Source: Haliotis rufescens
Lineage: Eukaryota
Direction: 5' to 3'
Length of the DNA stretch: 64,000 nucleotides
Assembly: GCF_023055435.1 (NCBI RefSeq)
Contig: NW_025964383.1
Span: 6,634,001 to 6,698,000 of the forward strand
Shown here: in pieces, positions 61,871 to 64,000 of the stretch
Numbering within the stretch: the stretch's first letter is position 1
Layout: each line of letters opens with the position of its first letter
The notes under the pieces: model-generated
Database searches by the model: none
Told to the model about the DNA's origin: nothing
What the model saw: the letters and a program-made list of their open reading frames with translations, nothing else
Made by a program: the position numbers and the translations under genes

Positions 61871-64000
61871 TTGACTTAAACATATGACATTCTGAATGAT
61901 TAAAGGGAGTTTCTTGTGCTGATTTCAGCCTTGATAGCTGATCTATTACTGAACAACTGACGCCAGCCTTCATACTGTGGACACAATACCTTCATTCTTG
62001 TAATCATTTATGGTATAAATTGTAATGATGGTGATAATCCATGTCTTTGGACAAGACAAGCCTCTTCCTTGACATTGTTCCTGTTCTGTTTTAAAGAACA
62101 AACAATGTTGATTGGTAACCTTCCTTTTGCTTGTATTTTTATCAAAATAAATTACTTGCATGATATGGCTTCCTGAAATTATTATCAATAAATAATAATA
62201 AAGTGTGAAAGCCATACCATCTAATGCTCATGTCTCAATGTCAACGATTATGCATTTGCTCACGAACTACTCCGTATTGATGAGCATAGCTATATTTGTT
62301 GAAGCCTAATATTTTTTCAAGCAGATGGAGGCTGAGATTTTTATTATTAGCCTCTGTTACCTACCGACACCCTCTATAAACAAATAGTCTGTAAGATACA
62401 AGACAAGATTAGTACAGTAACTGTCACTGGACAAAATATCATCCATTCCAAAAAATCCCAAACTTGGAAATACCACCATTCCAATTGGAAATATGACCAT
62501 TCCAATATTTGGAAAGGTCATATTTCCAAGCTTGGATTTGTTTGGATTTGTTTGGAAATGTTTGGAAATGTTTGGATACAACATGTCATAATCATATCTG
62601 TTAAAAGTTGTACAACTTTTGACCTTATGTGAGTTAAGTAATGACATGAAAGTAAATAATTAAGAGTATTTTGGCACTATGTACCACGAAAAGACCATAT
62701 CATGAGCAAATTTAACTAAAAGAAATTCTGTCATTTAAAGTGGCTACTCTTTATATTTAATTTCTTATCTTCCTTGTCTATAATCATATGACATTGACTT
62801 TGTACTTTGAACAATTAAACAAATATTTTGTTTTCCCATACCGCCTTACGGTTGTCGTAGAACAAAGACCGTTTCGAGAATATAGAGGGCCTCATTATTA
62901 TAATTTGAACTAATATACATATGTACATAATAGTACTAGGTATAAATGAATTTTGATAAGTGTTCGTACAAGAATATGAACTTCGAATTATCTCGGAATT
63001 ATGCGCAACACATAGGGCTGAAAATTTTATAATTGTTCTGGAACTATCTGACGGTAATTCAAAACAGGGAACAAGATTTCGTCAAATGAATCATCTAGCC
63101 AGGAAAGCAACGATTTAAATGCTGACGAAATGAATAAACATATCTGGAACAGAGTAGACTGTTCATGTGGACAATTATATGCTACGTCTATTGCCAATGA
63201 AGTTTATCACCCCATGTTATAGCATTTGTTTCATATAAAAGATAGAAACCAAATAAATGGGACAATTAGTTGTTATGAATTAGCTTTACCTCTGTGACAT
63301 ATCACACAACTAAATGTGAATATGTTTATCAAATAATCAATTACAGTTATCAACCTAGTGTCCTTATTTATACACAATTTTATTTCGTATTGGGGTACAA
63401 TATATAATACACATATACACGGAATGATTTCTTATTTTGTCAATTTAATCATAACCCAAATCATACAAATCAAAGTGTGAAAGTAGTGACTAACGTTATG
63501 ATCAAGGGTATAAATACTCAATTGTATCTATTAATCCTAATAGCATAACAATCAACCCTGTGTATATACTGAGCATATTTAGATACATCCGGATCTACGA
63601 CCGCAGCCATATAATCAATCAAGGAAAGTATATTAGATTGAATTACAAATGTGCTATCACTTAAACAAAATTTTCCGTTATCCACGTAAGCCTAAACCTG
63701 GGAGAAATAAAGTTCTGTTCTGTTCTGAAGACGCCGTCATGATTAGTTGGCGCCAGTCTAGACTGTCCAATCAACGTGAATATACAAACCGTGATGTTAC
63801 TTGACCAGTTGATGACACCTGTCAAACTCAAAGTGCCCCTGGTCCTCCACCCACCATGTGTAATACTTTGGCGCACTTGATTGTTTAATTTGCAGTTATA
63901 TCACTGTTAGGCTGAGTGATCCATGTTGTTCACGCTCCGCTGATCACGGGGCCTCATTTGTCTGTATTCTGCTTATGAGCCGGGATGCGCATGAAACACG

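Overview
Repeat-rich, intron-containing animal DNA. It is probably a gastropod mollusc such as abalone, inferred only from the SINE families present. Genes: (1) the first three coding exons of INTS4 on the minus strand, running off the left edge; (2) a divergently transcribed 7-exon conserved uncharacterised gene of about 328 aa on the plus strand; (3) two intact 11-exon polypeptide GalNAc-transferase (GALNT) paralogues on the minus strand. The GALNTs sit in a tandem segmental duplication that also copied the 3' end of gene 2, giving one pseudogene fragment and the start of a third unit. Mobile elements: an intact-ORF Tc1 (DD34E) with TA TSD, two decayed Tc1s, two decayed DIRS elements, a Helentron-type non-autonomous element, several SINEs, a LINE ORF1 remnant, and a Ginger1 transposon (integrase plus OTU domain, CCGG TSD) nested inside a SINE. 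The most striking pattern is that most intronic minisatellites are tandem amplifications of a splice junction of their own host gene. Examples are the predicted INTS4 exon-4 acceptor (~36 copies), the gene-2 exon-6 donor (19 copies) and the GALNT exon-3 and exon-7 donors. Paralogue comparison shows these arrays at different stages of growth. All exon calls come from reading GT-AG sites and phase by eye; no searches were run.
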